Shown here one piece after another: positions 38,201 to 49,193 of a stretch of DNA of 64,000 nucleotides (position 1 is its first letter; each line of letters starts with the position of its first letter). The translations under genes and the position numbers were made by a program. The notes beneath the pieces were generated by a model. The model saw only the letters and a list, made by a program, of their open reading frames with translations. It was not told the DNA's origin and searched no databases. Source of the DNA: Macrostomum lignano. Taxonomy: Eukaryota. Where the stretch lies: NCBI GenBank assembly GCA_002269645.1, contig NIVC01000625.1, positions 248,001-312,000 of the forward strand, written 5' to 3'.

Positions 38201-41200
38201 TGTTTTGGTCGATTCTCCCTCACGTCTCTGTCCCTACACATGTGCTCTGCTCGCTTTGGTCTCTGCTTGTGTACCTCTCTGTAACGTCTCTGTATGCTCT
38301 GACTGGTTTCTCCGTCCCCGCACGCGCCGCTACTAAAGTTTGCTGTTACCTACCCCTACACACTGCTCTCTGTCTCCCTCCGCGCACACCTCTCTGGCCT
38401 TGCATGCAACTTGCATGTCTGCTCCCCTGTCCTGCCCTCGCGTGGCTCCCTGCCTATACATAGCTACAGGACCCTACCTCTGTGCCTTGCTCGGAACTCT
38501 GTCCCAGGCCCCCCTTCATACTTCTCTGTCCCGGGCTGCAACTGGCTGACACGCGCCTCTCTGTTCCCCAGCCTGCGTGGCTGCCTACCCCTGCACACTG
38601 CTCTCTGTCCCCCTCCGCGCCTCTCTATCATCCTATTCCTGCAGCTGACCGTGCCGTTCAGCTCTGTCCACGCACGGCTCCACCCCTGCCCGTGTCTCAC
38701 TGTACCGCCCTGTGTGGCTCCCTTACCCTGCGCGTTTGCTTCCTATCTCCCTCCTGCTCCATATGTTTCTGTTCCCTCACACTACGCACACGTGGCTGGC
38801 TCTCTGTCCAAACACATCTCTGCTCCTCCACTCTATCCTCGCGTGGCCCCTTGACGGTTCGCATGCCCCTGCATACCCTGCCTGCCTCTCTGTCCCCTGC
38901 AACTGGGGAGGGAGCTCTCTATCCTCTGTATGGCTTTCTCTGTGGGGTGTGTGTGACTCACACTACCTCTCTGTCCTAGCATGCGCCTCTCTATCCGGCT
39001 CCTGCAGCAGGCTGTGTTATTCACATCTCTTTCCACCCACCCTCTGCCCGTACACGCTCAGTGTACAGGGCTGCGTCAGCATCGGGGTTAAAACTTCTCG
39101 CTCCCTATGCTTCAACAGTATAACAACCTAGTGGCTGGTTCTCTGTCCGCGCCACCCCTCTCTGCCCGTACACTCTCACTGTACAGGGCTGCGTCAGCGT
39201 TAGGGTTGAAACTTCTCGCTCCCTATACCCCACAACCGTGTAGTGTCCTAGTATGGGCGCGACCTGGGTTCGATTTCGCTAGTTGAGATGTAGGTGAGAG
39301 AGGGGAAGAGGCCCGTATCGATGACTACATATCGGTGTACACACATATCGGGGGAGTGTACACTCGGGGCGCCTGCTGCATACATATCGGTGTACATATA
39401 GGGAGAGTGCGCATACATATCGGGAGGGGCGCCTGAGACGGGGAGGGCGCCTGCGGCATACATGTCGGGGAGGGCGCGTGCGGCGGGGAGGGGCGCCTGC
39501 TGCATGGACGCCTGCGGCTCGGGAGGGTGCGCTTGGGATCTGATTGATTTGGGATCTGATTGATTTGGGATCTGATTGATTTGGGATCTGATTGATTTAT
39601 TGGGATCTAATATCGGGAGGGTGCGCCTGCGGCGCTTGGCGCCACGCGCCTGCGGCGCGCGCGCGCCGAGCGCCGATATCGATACGGGTATCGATCACCT
39701 AGTGATCGGGGCGCCAGCCAATGAGAGGCGAGGAGGGTTGACACCCACCCCACCTCCAAAATCAAGCCATTCGGAATCCCTTAGTAGTGAGGTTCCCAGA
39801 AATTCTTTGCCCCTCCTAGCAACTAGCAACCAATGTCTTTACCAGAGCAACTATACTATCCCAGCAGCCAATGCATTCTAGCTAGCAACAAATCTTTAAT
39901 CGCCTAGCAACCAATTTGCTCATCTAGCAACTAGACATTATGCCTTTGCCTAGGAACCAAATCCTTTCGTCTAGCACCCAAATCCTTTCGCCTAGTAACC
40001 AAATCATTTTGTCTAACAATCAAATTCTTTTCTTAATAACAACCATAAACTTCGACTAGCAACCAGATCTTTTTTGCCTAGCAACCAAATCCTTTTGCCT
40101 AGCAACCAAACCGTTTCACCTAACAACTAAATAATTCTGCATAGCAACTAAACCCTTTAATCTAGCAACCAAATCCTTTCGCCTAGCAACCAAATCATTT
40201 CGCCTAGCAACCAAATCATTTCGCCTAGCAACAAAATTCTGATCACCTGGTAGTCCAGGCTGCGACCTCCGACCCCAACCGTCAGCTGGTTGCCCGTCCT
40301 GCCGCGGAAGGTGACGCCCAGCTTCCGGCAGCCGTCCAGCAGCGCCTTCTCGTCCGGTGAGCTGGCGTGGTAAACCAGGCGGCCGCTGTTGCCCGACCGC
40401 TCGGCCCGGGCCGTGTGGCAGAGGGCCAGGTGGGTGAGGAACTCCTGCTGCGCCGGCCCCAGCTGCTGCTTGCTGTTGTGGCTGGCCAGCAGGGAGCTGC
40501 CCTTCAGCGAGTACTTCACGCCGTTGATGGAGCAGCCGCGGAAGGTCATGATGTTCTCCGTGAGGGTGCCGGTCTTGTCGCAGAACAGGTGGTCGACGAC
40601 GCCGAGCTCCTCAATGATTTCGGACGTGTTGGCCTTCGCCCAGTTGCTCGGGTCGTCGTCCGACATCCGGTGGAACATCTCGAGGTCGTGATCGATGAAC
40701 ATGGAGCAGAAGAACTTCTGCACCTCGATGGTGACCAGCATGGAGATGGGGATGATGTAGTGCATGATAATGAGCGCGTTCAGCGTCTCCTGGAAGTTCG
40801 GGCGCTTGAGCTGCTCGCCGGGCAGGAACCAGGCCTTGCTGATGGCGTCGGAGCGGGCAATGAGCAGGTTGCCCGCCACCAGCACGCAGGTGAGCAGCAG
40901 CAGCAGGCCGATCAGCACCAGCATGAAGCTGTTGAGTCTGGTGTCCACCACCGATCGCTTGGCCCGCGACCCCCTGGAGTTGAGGCCAACCTTCGTCTCC
41001 GAGCCGGTGTACAGCGCCAGGCCGTAGGCGAAGTTGGTGTTGCGGAGCACCGCGCCGCGCAGCAGGACATTGCTGGCGTTCAGCGGGATGGAGGAGTGCG
41101 CCTGCGGCTTCACCAGCTGCAGCACGCCAGCGAAGCTGTAGAGGTCGGGCTTGGGCTGCTCGCAGACCACCTTGCCCAGCAGTTCGGAGCATAGCAGCCC

Positions 41201-41833
41201 CGCGTTCCGCAGCGACTTGGTGGCCTCGACGGCCCAGAAGGTCTTCAAGTTGGTCTCGCCGTCCAGATTGGCGGTGGTGACGAGGCACTCGCCGGAGTGC
41301 TGCGAGCTAGACAGCAGCAGCAGGTCGCACGGGAAGCACTCGTTGCGGAACACCTTCACCAGGTCGCCCACGCGCAGCTGCTCGGAGCTGACCAGCTGGC
41401 TCTCGCCGTCCCGCACCACCCAAACGAGGGTCTTGTTGACTTTCCTGTCCTCCAGGTGGCGCAGCAGGTCCTCGTAGCCCTGCTTCACCATGGTGACCAG
41501 GATGACGAAGGCCAGGGGCAGGATGGAGGCCATCTCGCTGACGGGCGTGTCAGTGGACAGCTGGATGATGCAGGCCACCAGGAAATAAAGGTTGGGCAGC
41601 CGGCTGATCTGCTCCAGCAGGTTCAGCGGCAGGAAAGTGATGATGTTGTAGCGCGCGGTGGACACGGAGTTGTTGGGGTACTTCTCCGACTGGCCGATGC
41701 TCGGCTTGCCGTCCGGACCGGGCAGCTCGAAGTTGAGGTGGTTGATGTACACCGTGCGGAGCTCCGGGCGCGGCGACTCGCACAGCAGCTTTGGCTTAAC
41801 CAGCTGCCACAGAGTCTCCAGGGGGCTCGCCAT
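27407..41833 (-). CDS. ATP11: P4-type ATPase phospholipid flippase, ATP11-like, 5 exons, ~1125 aa
   Basis: Phase-compatible exons 41833-40247, 30495-30064, 29711-29236, 28694-28133 and 27727-27407. Motifs KQGYEDLLRH, TANLDGETNLK, CDKTGTLTEN, SSPDEKAL, LEFDSDRRRMSV, WILTGDK|VETA, AIGDGANDVSMI, QYFFYKNV. Confidence 0.94.
27748..28116. repeat. 23-bp minisatellite (GAAATCATCAACTCAGCCAGTCG)
   Basis: Fills ATP11 intron 4. Confidence 0.93.
28740..29088. repeat. 14-bp minisatellite (ACCGGAAGCTACAG / ACCAGAGGCTACAG)
   Basis: In ATP11 intron 3. Confidence 0.9.
29735..30012. repeat. ~54-bp tandem repeat x ~5
   Basis: GCTGGCAGCCAATCAGCAATCGAGGTCAGTAGCGGAGTGAGGTGGATGAAGTTA units in ATP11 intron 2. Confidence 0.88.
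30529..39788. mobile_element. 9,260-bp palindromic (fold-back) insertion with 6-bp TSD GAGGTT, non-coding
   Basis: Left arm 30529-35096 is the reverse complement of right arm 35168-39788; spacer 35097-35167. GAGGTT at 30523-30528 and 39789-39794. Every ORF-track entry in one arm has a mirror ORF in the other. Confidence 0.93.
39890..40232. repeat. Degenerate ~21-bp repeat (TCGCCTAGCAACCAAATCATT-like)
   Basis: CTAGCAAC core repeated next to the ATP11 exon 1 donor. Confidence 0.8.
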
Positions 41834-42312
41834 CGACAGTGACTACGGTATGCGCTACAATGGTAGTCCTTGGCCGATTGGCTGCTAAGAATATGGATAA
41901 ATGCTCAAATCAGTTGCTGCCACCTAGCTAGCTCTCAGCGGCGAAGGCAGCGACTGAACTAAGACACTTTTAGCCATAGACATGCCGAAGCATGGCAAGC
42001 AAGTCGAAAAAACTTCACTTGGGAATGCGTATGCTCAAGGGGAGATAAGAGTAATTTATATAGCCAGCTTTACTGCATCACGTGGATCATTCAGCCACGC
42101 GACAGGTGCACTCTGTAGGCAGTGCCGACCCCGAGCATACACACACACAGTGTACAGCGGCCCGGACTTCCTCATATCCTCGTTACATGTACATACCCTG
42201 TGCCAGGTTCAAATCAGTTCGAAATACTGCTTAGAGGAATTCACAGTCCGTGCGATCCAAGTAATTAAATTCCTGTTTGTCGTGACTCCCACGTTTGTCC
42301 TTTTTGTCGCTC

Positions 42313-43031
42313 CAGTCAGTTCCGCTCAGCATCATATTGGCCCATCAGTTCCGCTCAGCATCATATTGGCCCATCAGTTCCGCTCAGCATCATATTGGCC
42401 CATCAGTTCCGCTCAGCATCATATTGGCCCATCAGTTCCGCTCAGCATCATATTGGCCCATCAGTTCCGCTCAGCATCATATTGCTCCATCAGTTCCGCT
42501 CAGCATCATATCGCTCCATCAGTTCCGCTCAGCATCAAATTGCCGCATCAGTTCCGCTCAGCATCAAATTGCCGCATCAGTTCCGCTCAGCATCAAATTG
42601 CCGCATCAGTTCCGCTCAGCATCATATTGGCCCATCAGTTCCGCTCAGAATCATATTGGCCCATCAGTTCCGCTCAGAATCATATTGGCCCATCAGTTCC
42701 GCTCAGCATCATATTGGCCCATCAGTTCCGCTCAGCATCATATTGGCCCATCAGTTCCACTCAGCATCATATTGCTCCATCAGTTCCGCTCAGCATCATA
42801 TCGCTCCATCAGTTCCGCTCAGCATCAAATTGCCGCATCAGTTCCGCTCAGCATCAAATTGCCGCATCAGTTCCGCTCAGCATCATAATTGCCCACCAGT
42901 TCCGCTCAACATCATAATTGCCCATCAGTTCCGCTCAGCATCATAATTGCCCACCAGTTCCGCTCAGCATCATAATTGCCCACCAGTTCCGCTCAGCATC
43001 ATTTTGCCCCACCAGTTCCGCTCAGCATCAC
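42313..43031. repeat. 29-bp minisatellite (CATCAGTTCCGCTCAGCATCATATTGGCC)
   Basis: Tandem array. Confidence 0.96.
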
Positions 43032-43521
43032 ACTGAAGCAAGAGAACCAGAGGCAATCTTTCTGTAAAAGCAACCAAAAATCCAAAGATGTAAACATGAA
43101 ATTTTCATAGTGAATTGCAAAAAAGCAGTTCGCGCGTGAAAAAAGTAGGCATCAATTTTATTTAGTGAAGCTGTTCAGGTAAAGCCAGTGCAGGAGCCTC
43201 TCGGCCCGGTAAAAAAGGTATTTAGAAAAGGCAACCCAGTTGAGCAATTAAGGCGTGAATTCAGTTTTGACAACAGAAAAAATAGAAACATCCGCAGACT
43301 TCATCAGCAAAAGAGATAGAAAAAGTAAGGCAGTAAAGCGGAGATACTTGGTCGGGACAGGCGGAAGATTAAATTTTTCTGTGAAATCTGTGAAAGCGCA
43401 GTTCTTTTAGAAGCAGAGCAGAAAATGAGAATTTAAATTTATCAAGCAGAATCTGAAGAAGTCGCAAAGCCACAGCAATCAGGTCTCAGCAGAGAAAACA
43501 AATAAAAAACCCAGTTCGCAC

Positions 43522-45176
43522 TCAGCAACTGTCTCTGGCCGAAACCGGCAAGCCAGGTGGCGCGCAGCTCCTCGGCGGGCCAGGCAGATTCACCACTGCT
43601 GGGCAAAGTTCACCGACTGGAGATGCGGGACAGAAAATCACCATGGAGATGCCGCCCTGCTCTGCCATGCTTACACTGCTCTCCTGTCTCCCTCTCCCCT
43701 TTCCCTGCCTGGGTTTTTTGTGTCATAGGCATGCCATGACATGTCGAAATTGAAAATGGCATAACGGTTTTTTGCCATTATGCCATTGCCAAATTGCCAA
43801 TGCTGAATCCCCAACTCCAAATTTCAGTTTTGCTTTCGAAATCGAAAATGGCATAACGATTTTGACGAAAAAATCCAGCTCCCCGGTCTTCCTCTCCCCT
43901 CTCTCCTGTCTCCCTCTCCCTCTCTCCTGTCTCCCTCTCCCCTCTCTCCTGTCTCCCTCTCCCCTCTCTCCTGTCTCCCTCTCCCTCTCTCCTGTCTCCC
44001 TCTCCCCTCTCTCCTGTCTCCCTCTCTCCAGTCTCCCTCTCCCTCTCTCCTGTCTCCCTCTCCCCTCTCTCCCTCTCCCTCTCTCCTGTCTCCCTCTCCC
44101 TCTTTCCTGTCTCCCTCTCTCCAGTCTCCCTCTCCCTCTCTCCTGTCTCCCTCTCCCCTCTCTCCCTCTCCCTCTCTCCTGTCTCCCTCTCCCCTCTCTC
44201 CTGTCTCCCTCTCCCTCTCTCCTGTCTCCCTCTCCCCTCTCTCCTGTCTCCCTCTCCCTCTTTCCTGTCTCCCTCTCTCCTGTCTCCCTCTCTCCTGTCT
44301 TCCTCTCCCCTCTCCCTTGTCTCCCCTCTCTCACCTGTCTCCCTCTCCCCTCTCTCCCCTATCTTCCTCTGCCGTGTCCCTCTCCTCTCTCTCCCCTGTC
44401 TCCCTCTTCCCCTTCTCCCCCGCACTCACTGAGAAGCGGTTCGGCAGCTTAGCCGAGTACCTCTCGTCCAGCTGCTGCTGGTAGCGGGCGCTCCTGCGCT
44501 GCCTGCGGAGCGAAGCGCAGATTATATATATAATTAAAATAACTTCAATTATTGATTTTTACCTTGAAAGTTGCTAACTGCACTACTCAGTCTCTGGTAA
44601 GTAGTAAGCCGAGAATATTCATTCAAACTCACCGTTCATCGTTACTGAGCCCAGTATAGGTGGCGCGCCAGACTCTGGTTGGAGAAATTTGTTAAGGGAA
44701 GACAAATTTTAGTGGAGACAGTAAATTTTGACAGGGAGTGGGACTCCTGGGACAGTGAGCGCTCACCCGTCATCGCAGGCTGGCACAGAGGCCGCATGGG
44801 GACGGTCAGAAGCCGCGGTGGCAGGCTTCTGGCTATTGCCGCAATCGGAGCTCGGAGCTGCGGCGGCGGCGGCGGCGGCGGCAGGGCCCTGCAGACAATA
44901 AGATAAAGACAATGCGCTTAGCTAAAGTGCAACACGCAGCTAAGGACGGATGCAGAGCAGAGACTGCTCAGAACACGCCATGCCTTGCAGTCAATCAGGA
45001 GGCAGATGGGGAACTCATTTTGCTCATTAAAAACTTAAAAAAAACTTTTTTCATCAATCATATTCCTTTCTTAATCCCTATAATTGCCTCACCCGCTTCT
45101 GCAGCTGCTCGAACGCCTTCTTGGCAAAGTGTCGCTCGCGTCGCCCGGCCTCCCAGTGGTCCTGATTGGCGTACAT
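43522..45176 (-). CDS. Unidentified small protein (~137 aa), 4 predicted exons
   Basis: Exons 45176-45093, 44888-44767, 44502-44430 and 43656-43522 have GT-AG boundaries and consecutive phases match (0, 2, 0). Product MYANQDHWEAGRRERHFAKKAFEQLQKRGP(A)9PSSDC..QRRSARYQQQLDERYSAKLPNRFS.. The last exon is the least certain. Confidence 0.55.
43885..44420. repeat. CT-rich low-complexity tandem (CTCTCCTGTCTCCCTCTCC-like)
   Basis: Polypyrimidine repeat on the + strand, inside an intron of the gene above. Confidence 0.9.
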
Positions 45177-45230
45177 GGCTGTGCGGCTGCAACAGGGGCG
45201 GGTGGCACCTGCTGCGCTGCAGCTGAGAGT

Positions 45231-45908
45231 TGCTAATCCAGCCTATCATGGATTGCTAATCCAGCCTATCATGGATTGCTAATCCAGCCTATCATGGATT
45301 GCTAATCCAGCCTATCATGGATTGCTAATCCAGCCTATCATGGATTGCTAATCCAGCCTATCATGGATTGCTAATCCAGCCTATCATGGATTGCTAATCC
45401 TGCCTATCATGGATTGCTAATCCAGCCTATCATGGATTGCTAATCTAGCCTATCATGGGTGCAGGAATAGAATGGATTGCTAATCTAGCCTATCATGGGT
45501 GCAGGAATAGAATGGATTGCTAATCTAGCCTATCATGGATGCAGGAATAGAATGGATTGCTAATCTAGCCTATCATGGGTGCAGGAATAGAATGGATTGC
45601 TAATCTAGCCTATCATGGGTGCAGGAATAGAATGGATTGCTAATCTAGCCTATCATGGATGCAGGAATAGAATGGATTGCTAATCTAGCCTATCATGAGT
45701 GCAGGAATAGAATGGATTGCTAATCTAGCCTATCATAGGTGCAGGAATAGAATGGGTTGCTAATCTAGCCTATCATGGATGCAGGAATAGAATGGATTGC
45801 TAATCTAGCCTATCATGGGTGCAGGAATAGAATGGATTGCTAATCTAGCCTATCATGGGTGCAGGAATAGAATGGATTGCTAATCTAGCCTATCATGGGT
45901 GCAGGAAT
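45231..45908. repeat. Compound minisatellite: 23-bp units switching to 40-bp units
   Basis: GCTAATCCAGCCTATCATGGATT, then GCTAATCTAGCCTATCATGGGTGCAGGAATAGAATGGATT. Confidence 0.95.
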
Positions 45909-46599
45909 AAATTGATCTAGGCTATATGGCCGGGCTGCGGGGCTGTAGACACTGCGAGGCTGAAGGTTTAAAGTCGAAAAGACGCACTCAAGAGCAAAGC
46001 AGGTGAGAAACAGAATAAAGTGTTTAATTTTTGCTGACAGCAGGGCGCCAATAAACTGCAGAAAAGTGACAGAGATGGCCGAAGCCAGGCTTCCGCTGGA
46101 GAAAACTGAGGCGGGATAGGCAGTTTTTGTTTTCAATTTCACATAATAAAAAATGGGGAAAAATTGGGGGCAGAAAAACTGTGCAAATGCAACGAGATGT
46201 AGAAAAAATGTGCCATAAACTTGTAGGCCGCTAGGAGTGCCCGCCTGAGGCAAAATATAAACTATAGATATTAATACTAGGCAAAGCTGATAGAAAAAGG
46301 CTAACGTATGAAAAAACAAGCATAGAATATAAACAGAGCCTTAAAAAACTTGGCAAAAACATGGCGAACTGAAGTAAACTTGAATAAATAAATAAATAAA
46401 TAAATAGGAAAAAAGCAGCACTTGCTCTCGGCCCTCTTAACAGCTTTAATTTGAAGCAGCCATCACCGCCCAGGCAGCGAGAAAAACTACAGAAACAAAC
46501 GGGACAGTAAAATTGAAGAAGCGGCTGCAGATGGGACTCCCTGTGTCTGCTGAGCCTCTGGACTGCTGCACAGCTACAGCTAAGCTTTCAGGGGCAGGG

Positions 46600-47585
46600 G
46601 TGACAGGCGGGAGTGAGAGCCGGAGTGACAGGCGGGAGTGAGGCCGGAGTGACAGGCGGGAGTGAGAGGCGGGAGTGAGGCCGGAGTGACAGGCGGGAGT
46701 GAGAGGCGGGAGTGACAGGCGGGAGTGAGAGGCGGGAGTGACAGGCGGGAGTGAGAGGCGGGAGTGAGAGGCCGGAGTGACAGGCGGGAGTGAGAGGCCG
46801 GAGTGACAGGCGGGAGTGAGAGGCGGGAGTGAGAGGCGGGAGTGAGGCGTGAGTGAGAGGCGGGAGTGAGGCGGGAGTGAGAGGCGTGAGTGAGAGGCGG
46901 GAGTGAGAGGCGGGAGTGAGGCGTGAGTGAGAGGCGGGAGTGAGAGGCGGGAGTGAGAGGCGGGAGTGAGAGGCCGGAGTGACAGGCGGGAGTGAGAGGC
47001 CGGAGTGACAGGCGGGAGTGAGAGGCGGGAGTGAGAGGCGGGAGTGAGAGGCGGGAGCGAGGCGGGAGTGAGAGGCGGGAGTGAGAGGCGGGAGTGAGAG
47101 GCGGGATTGAGAGGCGGGAGTGAGGCGGGAGTGAGAGGCGGGAGTGAGAGGCGGGATTGAGAGGCGGGATTGAGAGGCGGGAGTGAGAGGCGGGAGTGAG
47201 GCGGGAGTGAGAGGCGGGAGTGAGAGGCGGGAGTGAGAGGCGGGAGTGAGGCGTGAGTGAGAGGCGGGAGTGAGGCCGGAGTGACAGGCGGGAGTGAGAG
47301 GCGGGAGTGAGGCCGGAGTGACAGGCGGGAGTGAGAGGCGGGAGTGACAGGCGGGAGTGAGAGGCGGGAGTGACAGGCGGGAGTGAGAGGCGGGAGTGAG
47401 AGGCCGGAGTGACAGGCGGGAGTGAGAGGCCGGAGTGACAGGCGGGAGTGAGAGGCGGGAGTGAGAGGCGGGAGTGAGAGGCGGGAGTGAGAGGCGGGAG
47501 TGAGGCGGGAGTGAGAGGCGGGAGTGAGAGGCGGGAGTGAGGCGGGAGTGAGAGGCGGGAGTGAGAGGCGGGAGTGAGAGGCGGG
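46600..47585. repeat. GA-rich 11-13-bp minisatellite (GCGGGAGTGAGAG and variants)
   Basis: Tandem array. Confidence 0.95.
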
Positions 47586-47694
47586 ATGAGCTAGAGTGTT
47601 TAGAATGGCCCAAGCAAGTCGTGACCGCAGATCCAACAAGCGACAGCAGGACGGCGGCGCCAAAGGCCAGGGAATCCGCAACTACCAAAAGCCT

Positions 47695-48180
47695 TCAAAC
47701 GCCCGCCGCCTTCGCTCCAGAGGTCTTGGACTTCCGCAGCGACGGCAATTTTTTCGTTGGCGGCATCGACGACGGCAACGGCTGCCGGCGGCGTTTCTCG
47801 CATTGCTCCGCGGCCGCGCCGACGGGTCGCTTCCTGCGGAGAAGCCGGAATGTCTCCGTGATGCTCAGCTGCAACATCGGCTGCCGAACGAGCGCCTGCT
47901 GCGCCTCTGGTGGGTTTTGGTGCACCTTGACTGCGCCGGCGCAGCCGCTGCTGCTGTAGAAAGTCGGCAGCTCGACGGCGGCCGGCTGCAGCGGCCCGTA
48001 GGCGGCGGCGATCGCAGCGGAATCCGCGGCCTCCATCGCCGTCAAGTCCGCTTTGAACTGCTCGGCGATGCCGGCTGACGTCGCGGCGCGGTCGGAGCGG
48101 CGGCTGTCGAACACGATCCGGCGGCGGGGGTTGGAGGGGCCGCTGGGCGACGAAGGCAGGGGCGGCGACAGGTGCTGCAT
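47695..48180 (-). CDS. Candidate divergent Cip/Kip-family CDK inhibitor (p21/p27-like), >=161 aa
   Basis: Motifs in Cip/Kip order: RRRIVF (cyclin-binding RxLF-like), amphipathic helix, ELPTFY (cf. p27 LPEFY), QLSITETFRLLRRKR (PIP-degron-like), basic C-terminus. Exon acceptor at 48229-48230. The WNFDF core is missing. Confidence 0.55.
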   Translation of the reverse strand: MQHLSPPLPSSPSGPSNPRRRIVFDSRRSDRAATSAGIAEQFKADLTAMEAADSAAIAAAYGPLQPAAVELPTFYSSSGCAGAVKVHQNPPEAQQALVRQPMLQLSITETFRLLRRKRPVGAAAEQCEKRRRQPLPSSMPPTKKLPSLRKSKTSGAKAAGV

Positions 48181-48239
48181 GCTGAGCTGGACAGCGGCTC
48201 TCGGCTGGAACTGGAGGGCGGCCGGAGTCTGGGGATTGG

Positions 48240-48592
48240 AGGCGATTTTCTTGAGGACTGGAGGCGATTTTCCTGATTTTCTTGAGGACTGGGGGCGATT
48301 TTCCTGAAGACAGGGGGCGCTTTTCCTGAAGACAGGGGGCGCTTTTCCTGAAGACTGGGGGCGCTTTTCCTGAAGACTGGGGGCGCTTTTCCTGAAGACA
48401 GGGGGCGCTTTTCCTGAAGACAGGGGGCGCTTTTCCTGAAGACTGGGGCGCTTTTCCTGAAGACTGGGGGCGCTTTTCCTGAAGACTGGGGGCGCTTTTC
48501 CTGAAGACAGGGGGCGATTTTCCTGAAGACAGGGGCGATTTTCCTGAAGACAGGGGCGATTTTCCTGAAAACTGGGGGGGGCGATTTTCCTG
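48240..48592. repeat. ~21-bp minisatellite (TTTTCCTGAAGACAGGGGGCGC)
   Basis: Tandem array just upstream of the 48228 exon acceptor. Confidence 0.93.
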
Positions 48593-48944
48593 GGTACAAG
48601 AAGTGATTTTCCTGGGGACTGGGAGGATTTCATTGGGGAATGAGGGCAATTCTAGCAGGGCTTTCTAGCAAATAAACAGTGAATAAAAAACATGCGATGA
48701 ACGAATCAGAAAATTGAGCTGCACCCAAGGTTTACTATGTACTTTGGCAGCGGTGTGAGCCAGCAAAACAGTAAGCAGTGACGCTCTCAGTCAATGAGTT
48801 CAGGCGATCACAAAGCCGGTAAAAGCAAATAACAAAGCTATACAGCTAAAGTATTCGAATCCCATAAAAAGACAAATGACTAGACGAAACCCCAGAATTC
48901 CCAGCTTTTCTATTTAATAAATAAATACGAGAATCCAGTTTAAG

Positions 48945-49165
48945 TTGGGGAATCCTAATCTGATTTGAAGAATCCCAATCAAAGCTGGGGAATCCCTATC
49001 GAAGTTAGGGAATCCCAATCGAAGCGGGGAATCCAATCTGAGTTGGGGAAATCTGAGTTGGCGAATCCAATCTGAGTTGGGAAATCCCAATCTAATTGAG
49101 GAAATCAGAGTTGGGGAATCCCAATCTGAGTTGGGGAATCCAATCAGAAGTGGGAAATCCCAATG
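48945..49165. repeat. Degenerate GGGAATCCCAATC repeat downstream of RUSF1 copy B
   Basis: Related array at 53205-53370 downstream of copy A. Confidence 0.8.
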
Positions 49166-49193
49166 AATCCCAAGGAATCATAATCACGCTCTC

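Noticed and set aside
30796-39505. Short ORFs (60-165 aa) inside the palindrome arms as element-encoded proteins
   Set aside because: No recognisable domain, low-complexity composition, and some are broken differently in the two arms
30529-39788. Palindrome as a sequencing fold-back artefact
   Set aside because: Provisionally rejected: there is a 6-bp TSD, host exons continue in order and phase on both sides, the centre does not resemble a SMRTbell adapter, and the arms differ in VNTR copy number. Read-level confirmation is still needed.
47560-47697. Stop-codon read-through of the CKI-like gene into a hydrophobic in-frame segment
   Set aside because: The TGA-AGG context is not a known leaky context, and the frame runs into a minisatellite
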